The notes under the pieces: generated by a model
Database searches by the model: none
What the model saw: only the letters and a program-made list of their open reading frames with translations
What the model was told of the DNA's origin: nothing
Shown here: piece by piece, positions 13,468-24,023 of the stretch
Numbering within the stretch: position 1 is the first letter of the stretch
How the letters are laid out: the number at the start of each line of letters is the position of its first letter
DNA from: Bugula neritina
Taxonomy: Eukaryota > Animalia > Bryozoa
Reading direction: 5' to 3'
NCBI GenBank assembly: GCA_964035545.1
Contig: OZ037767.1
Location: 3,111,680 to 3,175,679 of the forward strand
Length of the DNA stretch: 64,000 nt
Program-made: the position numbers and the translations under genes

Positions 13468-14282
13468 AAACAAAGCTTTTCTTTTTAAAATAGCATTTTT
13501 AAAATAGCAATTGAGCTTAAATTTGAACGTGTTGTTTTAAAGGGAACAAAATCCATTTTATTCAAGTTTGGCTAATTAATATAGTTTTATAGTAAAGTTA
13601 TTTCATGAATGGTTGCATTTTATTACTCGAGTTTGAAAAAAAACAAGAAAAACATGACTAGATACGTAAATTCCTTTCACTTATAGCTATATTAATTACC
13701 TTCTTATGCAAAATGTATGACATTTTATACCATTACTTTTATTAAAACAGCATGTATGTGTTGACTTCAATGTGGTGTTTGAAAACACTATGTTGGAGTT
13801 GTCTACACTATGTTGTAAAACTCAAATTTTAGGTTGAACAGCAGACTTGCTTTTAAAAACTTCAGTTATTTATATTTCTGTCAATAATAACTTATTATAT
13901 GTTACTATGTTATATTTTATATATTTTAAAATACATACTAATAGTATATATTATATTTATGCAACATATTAATGACAACTTACTAGATTATTCTTGTAAT
14001 GCAGTTGTGTTGACTAAACTTTGAAAAAGAGTGAATATATTTCTGCCAATAGTAATATTGTGATAAACTTTTCATTTCTATGTTTTTGTGCTTTTTCTTT
14101 ATCTAAACTTTTCAATTATCTGCTGGCATGCTTGACATCAAAGGCTGATTAGAGTAAAGTTTCTTGAGCTGTTTTTTGAACAATAAATTTTTTTTGTAAA
14201 TCACCAACAATAAATGGAATAATATTTGCATTTCATGAAACGAAAAGTCTTAAGATGCTGTAAGATATGCTCTTTGTACTTT

Positions 14283-14425
14283 ACACTCTGCACTTTGCAT
14301 GTGCACTCTGCTCTCTGCAACTGCATTCTGCACTCTGCGTCTGCACTCTGCACTCTGCGTCTGCACTCTGCTTTCTGCTCTTTGCGTCTGCACTCTGCTC
14401 TCTGTACTCTGTACTTTGCACTCCT
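14283..14425. repeat. (CTCTGCA)n 7-mer tandem repeat
   Basis: Visible 7-nt period. A second copy with the same flanks (AAAGTCTTAAGA...AAGTTATCTAAGACAC) lies at 18693-18848. Confidence 0.85.
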
Positions 14426-15309
14426 CATTTTGTAAGTTATCTAAGACACTATATATTTAAAAAAAATTTCTAGCTAAATATTCTGAAAGTTTTAATCTAA
14501 CACCTATAACATCAACATTTGTATGATTTTTTAGCTTATGCAATACTTTGATTGTGCTAGAATCTTTTTGTATCCTCTAACTGTTGATGTTATAGCATTC
14601 TACATGCTACACCCAACTAAATCAAATTTTAGTCTATCAGCGGTCTAATCAAAATTCAAAAAGTTGGCTCATATTAGAAAACTCTTAACTTAAGCAAGTG
14701 TCACTTAGAAATTATATTATAGTATCAAATATTTGAATCTCTGTCTGCAGGTAAAGCAAACTTTTTTATTGCATAAAAGTCCATTTATTCAGATTAAAAA
14801 TAATTATTCTATGTTACGGAAGAAATGTTTTATTTTTCTATCATTTCTGATAAGAGACTTGAAATCAACCATAAGTTAATATTTTTTAGAATTGTCATTT
14901 TTACTAGTGTATATATAATTCATTTATGTTATAACTCTGAGGTCCTAAATGTTTGTTTTGTCAAATATAGGCTACGCCTGACCTACAAAATGTACATTTA
15001 TTTTTAATAATATACTGATATATAACAATATAGATGCTTTGGTAAACAAAATCAATGGTTTGTTCCTTTTAACAAAACCTTTGTATTACATAATGTTTCT
15101 TTGCATTACATGCCGCTTCCAGCACCCATATCCTGCCAATTTGTAGCAAAGTAAACTTAATTTAATAAAATTTAATCATCACAATATTTATAAGTTTTCC
15201 TTCCTTTATTGACCACTGCAAGGCTTTAAAGACTATATTAGATGTTTTAAAATAATGCATTTAGCAACAGACACCAGTAATTCAGTAAAGGATAGATGTA
15301 ACAGAAGAC

Positions 15310-17618
15310 ATGGAGATAATCAGAGTATTAATTCTAGCAATGCTGGGTAAGACTGATTATTAGCTGAGTGAAAGTGTTAGTAGTTTATAGTGTTGTATTT
15401 ATTCACTTGAAATCACTAGTAGCCTATAGATAAATAAATATTTGAAAAGTAAAGATAAAACTGACTGATCGCATGACTTTATGTAACTGCAAAGTAATAT
15501 CTGAGGTTGGCTCGCATTTTTTAGTCATATTTTCACTACTTCAGCTGCAGCGCAATGTGCCAGCTATTATAAACTAACTATGCTCAATTTATTGGTTAAA
15601 GCAAGCTTTTATAATATATTACCCAATAGCCATAATTTTTACAGTTAGTTGAAGTTAATTTAAATGAGCTGCATTAGAACGTCTAGTTGTATACATTATA
15701 TGTTGACAGCAAAGTTGGGCTCCACAGAATGCTCCGGAAGTTTCCCACATTCGCTTAATAATCAGAACTGCTATTATGTTCCAAACACCTCAAGCCGCAA
15801 GTTATCTCGGACTGTAGCAGAAGCTACTTGCCATTCCATTGGGGGAGAACTGGCCAAGATACACAGCTTAATTGATTTTAACACCATTCTTAATTTCACA
15901 GGCATGGTGTTTCGAGAAGGCTATAATGATGGTGAGTGGAATTTTCTGATGAAATTATATCTGTATATTCCAGTTTTACAAATTGCTATAATACTCCGTT
16001 ACGTAATTTGATAGTTAGCAACTAATACATATAAATAACATTATTTCTCACAGGAACGTTCAGTATGACTAAACTGGTTCCTGCTAACCCCATATGATGC
16101 TGAATACTTATTTTGTTAATGATTTAGGCTAACCCTATTCTAATTTGTCTGTAGAGGAATTCCATATGGGACTTGTGAAACAGAATGGTGTGATTTTCTG
16201 GTCACTAGATAAAGAAATAATGACGGATTGGTCTATCAATGAATTTGTAAATAATAGTCACACTGGTTACCAAAACTGCACTTTCTATTTGAGCACAGGT
16301 TAGTAAAGGTAGTGAAGTAATTGGCTTTTGTCTCAGTTTTACTCACATAACTCACAAAATGATTGGTTGGGTTTAATCTCGCAGTGTTTTATCAAACTTA
16401 AAGTTTATAATTCCAAACATATGATGGGTAAGTTATCTTTTGCAACTCTAAATTTGTTTACTACAGTAATAGCAATTAATAGTATAGTAGTAGTGTAACA
16501 ATGATAGATGTTAAAAGTTAGAAATTAACTTTTGTGTTTGATTGAAATATTAATGTGTGGATATTATGTATGTTGTGAATTAAAGCATATAAATACTAAG
16601 GAAATAGCTATTAGCAAATTATTTTTTCTTCTATGAAAGCTTTATAATGAACTATCATAGAATGTGGCAATGGTAACTTTCATATTTGCTAAGAATTCTC
16701 TTTTAACCTGTTATAGAGGAAGGCATGTTCTATCCTCAAAATATGGCATTCACTAGTCTAAAACATTATATTTGTGAACAAGCTTCATCGTCACCCACCA
16801 CCACATCAGCTTTAATACCCGCAGCAGCTTCAACAAATTCTACAGGACCACCTACTACTACAGCTGATTCTACAACTACCAAAATCATAACTACTGATGC
16901 AACAACTACGGGAGACCTGACCACAACTAGCACTACAGAAGCATTGACAACTACAACAAGCACTACCACACCAACAACTACAGAAACAACAACAACTACA
17001 ACAAGTTCTACCACACCACCAACTACAGAAACATTGACAACTACAACAAGCACTACCACACCAACAAATACAGAAACATCAACAACTGCAACAAGCTCTA
17101 CAACACCAACAACTACAGAAACAACAACAACTACAACAAACCCTACCACACCAACAACTACAGAAACATCAACAACTGCAACAAGTTCTACCACACCAAC
17201 AACTACAGAAACAACAACAACAGGCACTACCACAACTACCCAAGCATCAACAACCACAACAAGCTCCAGTACAACAACTACACAAGCCTCAACAACCACA
17301 ACAACAGATCTCACAACTACAACAGCGAACATGGATCCTGAATCTACATGCATCTGGTACAAGTATGTTACAGAGTCACTGGATGAGCAAAAGTTACAGC
17401 TATATGAGAACTTTCTGGAACACAAAGAATTGCCAGTTTACAGTGAATGCCTCCGACATTGTTCAAGTAACCCAGCCTGTAACAACTCAGTGGTGTTTGA
17501 TCAGACATCCTGTTATCTCTTCTCCGATCTTCAAGTAGTGGATGTGAGAAAAGGTTCTGGAAAAGTTGGAGTTGTTTACACAAAAAGAGAGTACTTGTGT
17601 ACTCAATGTAAGCCATAG
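15310..17618 (+). CDS. Lectin-mucin-PAN gene C, recent tandem duplicate of B (exons 15310-15346, 15710-15931, 16155-16298, 16717-17618; 434 aa)
   Basis: Same exon 1-3 lengths as B (37/222/144), alignable introns and UTRs, open 1305-nt CDS, longer stalk. Confidence 0.9.
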
Positions 17619-18692
17619 AAACAAAGCTTTTCTTTATTAAAACAAAATTTCTAATTTTGAAATAATTGAGCTTAAATAAATGTGTTTTTTTTAAAAGTAT
17701 ATAAAATCCATCCTTAAAGGACATGGCGATGAAATGTTAACACAGTAAGATTAGGCCTTCTAGAAAACATTATTGATGAGATTACAACAATCTTGTATAA
17801 AATGTGACAACAAAACAATTTGTTGCACGTGTATAATATGCTGTTTAATTTGCAGTGTGGTTTTTTTCATAATCTTTTAGCAAGTTTTATTGTTTTCCAT
17901 TTCTTGCGAGTTAAATGTAGCCAATTAATTTAGTTTTATAGTGAAATTAATTAAACTTTGTTGCATTCAATCAAGATTTTATTGTAGACATTTTGAAACA
18001 ACAAAAAATTTAACTGGTTACCAAGTGATATAGTGATATAGTATGTAAATAAATTGCTTTAACATGCTGCATGCCACCATCTTCTGTAGTTAATGCAAAT
18101 GAAATTTAAAACCATTTATTTTGTTAAAGCAGGTCCTGTTTTCCATGAAACACACTACTGAAACAATTAAACACGAAGTTTAACAGCAAAATTGCTTTCA
18201 AAACTTATAATTTATTTATTCTGGTAATAATAACTTATTATATTATAATGTTATAGAGTTTATATATATACAAGTATATTAACATAAATGTTGTTAAAAA
18301 TATCATATATATCTTTATTAATAATCTATTACATTTTATTTCAAGTAAAATATATTAACAAAAACTTATTAAACTATTATTCTTGCAATGTCATTTCAAT
18401 GATTAAACTTTCATAAAGTGAACATATTTTTGCTAATAATGATTGCTTTTGTAATAAACTTTTGATTTATACATGTATAATGTTAAGTTTTTTTAATTTC
18501 ATTTTTCTCGATTCATGCAAACTTTTTCAATTTTGTGATGACATGTTTAATATTAGTGACTAAACAGAATAAAGGCTGTTGAACTGTTAGTTAAACAAGG
18601 AATGTTCTTGTAAAGTACCATCAGCAACAAATTGACTAATTCGAATTTCATGAAGCATGGAGAATAAAAAGTCTTAAGAAGTAAATAAGATG

Positions 18693-18848
18693 CTCTCTGC
18701 ACTCTGCATTCTGCACTCTGCATTCTACACTCTGCACTCTGCACTCTGCATTCTACATTCTGCCCTCTGCACTCTGCATTCTACACTCTGCCCTCTGCTC
18801 TCTGCACTCTGCACTTTGTGTCTGCACTCTGTTCTCTGCATTCTGCGT
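18693..18848. repeat. (CTCTGCA)n 7-mer tandem repeat, paralogous to 14283-14425
   Basis: Same unit and flanks; marks the 3' end of the B/C duplicated block. Confidence 0.85.
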
Positions 18849-20039
18849 CCACAAGTTATCTAAGACACAGTGCTGAGTCTATGATCACATTACATGTATT
18901 ACACAACTTGGCAGTCAAAAATATGCTTCCAAGAAAGATATAAAAGACACCAGCTGCTTTATTGCAAACAGTGTTGAGTATAGCAGCCTTAATATACAGA
19001 ATTAGAAAGAAGTTGTCTTCTCTACATATTGTGTGGTGAATTTAGAGACATCTGTTGATTGAGAGATTAAAGAACAAAGTGATCATGTATCTACCGCATC
19101 ATATGATGTTATAGACAGAAAGGAAGCTTTGATTTTGCAAATGTTAATGATTAAAAACCACTTTAAGTATTACAACAAATAACTGGGCTATTTTTTCCTG
19201 CAATCGATAGAAATTTAAACTTGTTAAACAAAATAATCCAATTCACGGCCCTTTTCAAATTTATTGATTACAGATTGCTATAATTAGCATAATTATAATA
19301 CCCTGAAGCAGTTACTGCATTGAGCAAATCAACCTGCAAGGTTACACCTTGAAATTTATTAAAATATCAATAATTATGAAAGTTTTGCGAGTTGCAAGCC
19401 ATAAATATTTGGAATATTTGGTAATAATCACATAATTTATAGAGCTGTTTTAAATCAATCTATTTTTGCACATATATTACAATCAGTAAAATATTTAGTA
19501 AAACTTGATATTTTAGCTTAAAGACTATATAAGCTATTGGGAACTTTATCAAAATGATATATGTATAAAATATAATGATGTGTGTCAATGTTTGGAAATG
19601 TTGAAAAACCGGTCTATGCTATATCTATATACCACCTGCATATACTTCCTCACACCTACACATAAGCACACATACACACATGCATACATATACGCACAAA
19701 AACATACATAAACACACATATGCATACATATAATACATACATATACATATATTAAATCCCAAGTAAATGTTATGTTGCACAAAATGATTTTTTTCAAGTT
19801 AATCTCTACAAGCTTGGTAGTACAGCATATAAGTTAATTTAGTGAATAGAAAAGTTATCACGACTTGGTTTACTATCCATTTAACTGGTTTTCTGGCACA
19901 GCTGAGTGTATATTATAGTAGAGAGAAAACCAGCTACTGCATCATAGAATACAGACTGAGCGAGAATAATAAAACTATATAAAAATAGAAAGTAGCTCAA
20001 TTAGCTAATTTTTTGTTCACCAGGATTCATGTCTATGGC

Positions 20040-22480
20040 TCACAATAGACATGAGTTTTCTAATTTTGTGTAGACAACTCCAACTTTTCCAGAACCTTCC
20101 TTCACATCCGCTACTTGAAGATTAGAGAAGAGATAACAGGATGTCTGATCAAACACCACTGAGTTGTTACAGGCTGGGTTACTCGAACAATGCCGGAGGC
20201 ATTCAAGGCTATTTGGCGAGTCTCTGTGTTCTAGAACGTTCTCATGTACCTGCAACTTCTGTTTATCCAGTGACTCTGTAACATACTTGTACCAGGTGCA
20301 TGTAGGTTCAGGATCCATGTTCGCTGTTGTAGTTGTGAGATCTGTTGTCGTGGTTGTTGATGTTTCTGTAGTTGTAGGTGTGTCAGAGTTCGTTGTAGTT
20401 ATTTGTTCTAATGTAATTGGTAATCGTGATGCAGAGGTTAATGTGCTTGTGAAGATTTCATTAGTGACTTCTGTCGCTATGGTGGTGAAAGGTGAAGATG
20501 CTGTCGTAGGCGTTGAAGTGGCTGTATCATCACCTTCACTTGTTACGAGAACCGAAGAAGTAGAAATCGAAAGAACAGGTTGCGTCACAATTTTGGAGAA
20601 AGAGGAGTTTTCACAAATATAGAATCTTTTCTTTACAGAGTCTGGTGACTGGAAGTTCAATTGGTTGCTATCTGTGGGATATAATTTATATATATTGATT
20701 GGAATTTTGTAAATTGAATTATTAATCATTATATTCCATTGTTCTATACAATATTTATTTGATCACATTATGTTTTCTTACATTTGAAATATGTTCATTT
20801 AGATGCAGCAGTAAAGAAATTGAAATAGAGGTAAAGTTTTTAATTTTCTTAATAAATTTGGGTTTTGAGAATGGGGCTAAAATTTTCACAAGAGCATGAC
20901 TTCTTTTACTTCATTTTTGATCTAGAACACAGGCTAGTCTCAACTTTGTCATTACAGCAACCACTTCAACATGTTGGCTGACAGGTCAACAATTACTGCA
21001 ATGACAAAGATCTAAGTAGGCTACAGCTATTAGTATCTGCCAACGATTTAAATATTATTATACCTGAAAATCAAGAGTTGCAATATTATAAATGTAGTTA
21101 ATTATGACCTGAAAATGCTACTTATTAAGAAATAATATAATATCTGTCTTGGTTAGTAATAACCAATGTGAAATGCTTTTAAATCCTGAACATAGAGTTG
21201 ACTGCTTTATAGTAATGCAGTTTAATTACGCGGTCAGTGGAATCATCAGATCTCATAAAACTTAACAATTATTATGTGAATTTCCTTATTTATTCATAAA
21301 TAATAAACCAGTGACATATAAGTGGAAGTAGGTAGCAGCTGTGGTCTAGGGGTTAGAGCGTTTGCCTAGTAATCACATTGGCGATGTTAGGAAGAGCATC
21401 CAGTCATAATTGCTCCTGTGCCCCATCTGAATAAGTCCTAAGCCCGATTTAACAGAATACCTTTTAATCAGGGGTTTCTCACAGGGATAGTGACTATAAA
21501 CCTGCGTGAGTTTTATATATAAGTAGAAGTAAGTTATAGTTATTTAGTAAGTTAGACTACATTTCATTAGTATAATAGGTAGACTGTATTTTATACTTTT
21601 ATAGTGCAAGCAAGTAGGCTATATTTATAAATAGTTATAGTAAGCATAAACAAAAATTATAGTTGCATAGTTAAGTATGTGTATAAGTTATAGTTATATA
21701 GTAGGTGAAAGAAAGTTATATACTTATATAGTAAGTATACCTGAAGACACATAAAATGTACAATTCACATCCCCAGCATGATCTTTCTTTATGAGAGAGT
21801 GACTAACTCCCAACTCTACTGTCTCTCCATCCGCCAGCCAGATAAACTCATTGTTTTCTTTGATGAGCCCAATGTGAGCTTTTTCTAAATGCAATATTTT
21901 GTTGGATAAAATGTATTATGGGTATGCAACAGGTTTTAAAAATGCAGGCAAGAATATGAAAATCTATGGTAAAGAGCTTTTTGACCAATATAATATATTA
22001 CATTGTATTGATAAAATTAGGCTCAACAAGCTATTTCTGCTTACAATAATTATTTTGTTTTCAACTATAGATGGGATGGACAGGCATATGATTCATACAG
22101 CTTGTAAATGTTTCAACAATTTAAACTGAGTCTTCATAGCAAGTACTTATGGGACAAGCTTACCACTTCCTAAAGTGTTTAGTATCACATTGGAAAAGCT
22201 TTGAATTGAGGCAAGACTTAGGTCGTATATTCTGGCCAAGTCCCCTCCCATGTCTTGGCAACTTTCTCTTGCTCCTTTGAAAACCATACTGGAATTTGAA
22301 ATGAAGTAACAATGTGCATTTATTTCTACAGGGTATTCTTCTGGGCATGATGCCATATTTGTTCCTGCTACTGCAATTAGCAACCCTGAAAAAATATTTT
22401 TATAGATGTATAGTTATATTATTATATATGCAATATAATATATATACATTAATAATATATTAATATATATAAATTGTTTA

Positions 22481-22538
<58 letters not shown>

Positions 22539-22750
22539 GGTAATTCAGTGTACTATGTACAGCTAAGGTTATCTCATATGTTATATATAGCCATTGATAT
22601 GAAGTATACATATACATGCTGTTATGTAGTATATTACATATAGCATGTTTTCTCGATATAAACTTAAATAATTTGCAGACATTTAAAATCATGATTAAGC
22701 AATTTTATGCTATACTTACTCCATAATATGATATTTGGCCAAAGCTTCAT
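20040..22750 (-). CDS. Lectin-mucin-PAN gene D (exons 22750-22720, 22385-22164, 21884-21741, 20671-20040; 342 aa)
   Basis: Phase-1 GT-AG introns give an open 1029-nt CDS: MKLWPNIILWRLLIAVAGTNMASC, CTLD (HCY..ARESCQDMGGDLARI..HIGL..FIW..NC..YICE), Thr/Ser stalk, PAN-like domain closely similar to B/C. Confidence 0.88.
21331..21516 (+). mobile_element. tRNA-derived SINE in intron 3 of gene D
   Basis: tRNA-like head (TGGTCTAGGGGTTAGAGCG). 15-nt flanking direct repeat ATATAAGT(G/A)GAAGTA (21316-21330 and 21517-21531). The 3' half recurs at ~57056-57150. Confidence 0.7.
22478..22535. repeat. (TA)n microsatellite in intron 1 of gene D
   Basis: Direct inspection. Confidence 0.95.
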
Positions 22751-23980
22751 TACCCAAGAATCTGTTAAACTTATTCCATACAAGCAAAAGTCAGCCTTCA
22801 ATTAAAAGCCAAAAAAACTCTAATGTTCTCAAAATTGGTCAGTATGTCAAACACTGATTAACCATTGATTTTTAAATTAGCTCATAGGTAATATTATTTT
22901 CTTTTATACCTTTCTTTGTATAAAAATCTTTGCATAATTGTACTTTCAACAATACCAGAAATTGCCAGCTTTATAATCCTTTGCTCTGCATTTGTTTAAC
23001 TCTGATTGGTGGACAAAAACCTGGTGAGGTATGTTTTGTGCATTAGTTTCGAGTAGCAATTTCATAAGTAGAATTCAATATTAAAATCGACTAATGTTGT
23101 AAAAATACTTTATGCTTTAATTGACAACCGGTATTGCTTTGTCACAATAAATATGTTAGTTGACAACTTTAGTTGTATGCACATTTTGCTCTATTGCGGG
23201 CACTCGCCTACCGTTCACACAATTTACCTGGGACTGTAAGAAGTACCTTGGCTACAGCTGAGGCTAATTCATGAACATAAAATGTCCAATGCAAATTAAC
23301 TAATTGCATGTAAAGTATAGTATTTTATAATGTTTATGGTTGGTACATGAGAAATTGAATCATTACTCATATTTATCAAGGTTTTCAATTTCATGAATAT
23401 TTCAGAAAAGTACAATTATCTCTGTTGTTGATTTTATTAATCAAATTAAAAAGTTGATAAAATAATAAGAAAAACAATAGAATTAATGATACCCTGTTAT
23501 ATATTGTTAGTTTAAACTTTAAGTTATAAAAAAGCAGTTTAAAAATTAAAATGATTTTGGCTGTAGAACCGAATTATATTGAACAATGAAATAAGAGCCT
23601 ATGAAACAAGCAAGATTGCATGAACCACTAATCATCAACCAATATTGACATGATGTCCATTAGTGAAGTAGCCATGCTGAAAGATGACAGATTTATAGTC
23701 ATTGTTATAGTGTAATACAATACAAATGTAAATACATTCTTCTGGAACACTATTATAAATAAAATATTCTAGAATAAAAAAATCTGATCCGTTTTAGAAT
23801 GTGATAAGAGGAAGGGAATCTCTCATTTTTAATTTAAAGTAGTTTATTTGCATATATAATATTTCAAAAATGACTTCTTCAAATAAAAAGATATAATGTC
23901 AAGTAGATCATATAATAACTGAACAATTGTTGACTTTCACAATTTTCAAAACCCAATTTAAAAATTAATGGAAAGCCAGG

Positions 23981-23990
23981 TATATAAATA
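23981..23990 (+). promoter_or_regulatory. Candidate TATA box of gene E
   Basis: TATATAAATA about 35-43 nt upstream of the ATG at 24024. The AT-rich background lowers confidence. Confidence 0.4.
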
Positions 23991-24023
23991 GAGGCAATTT
24001 GTCACATTCAGGGTTATTTGAAA

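Noticed and set aside
13793-13808. Short copy of the PAN-exon sequence GTTGGAGTTGTCTACAC downstream of gene B
   Set aside because: Too short to interpret; could be a small templated insertion or chance.
14201-14473. Cys/His/Leu-rich ORFs over the CTCTGCA repeat (also 18553-18744)
   Set aside because: 7-mer repeat artefacts with no splice or domain support.
20861-20912. ATGGGGCTAAA segment resembling gene E exon 1 inside an intron of gene D
   Set aside because: Only ~25 nt of AT-rich similarity, with no donor or downstream exons; not enough for a pseudo-exon call.
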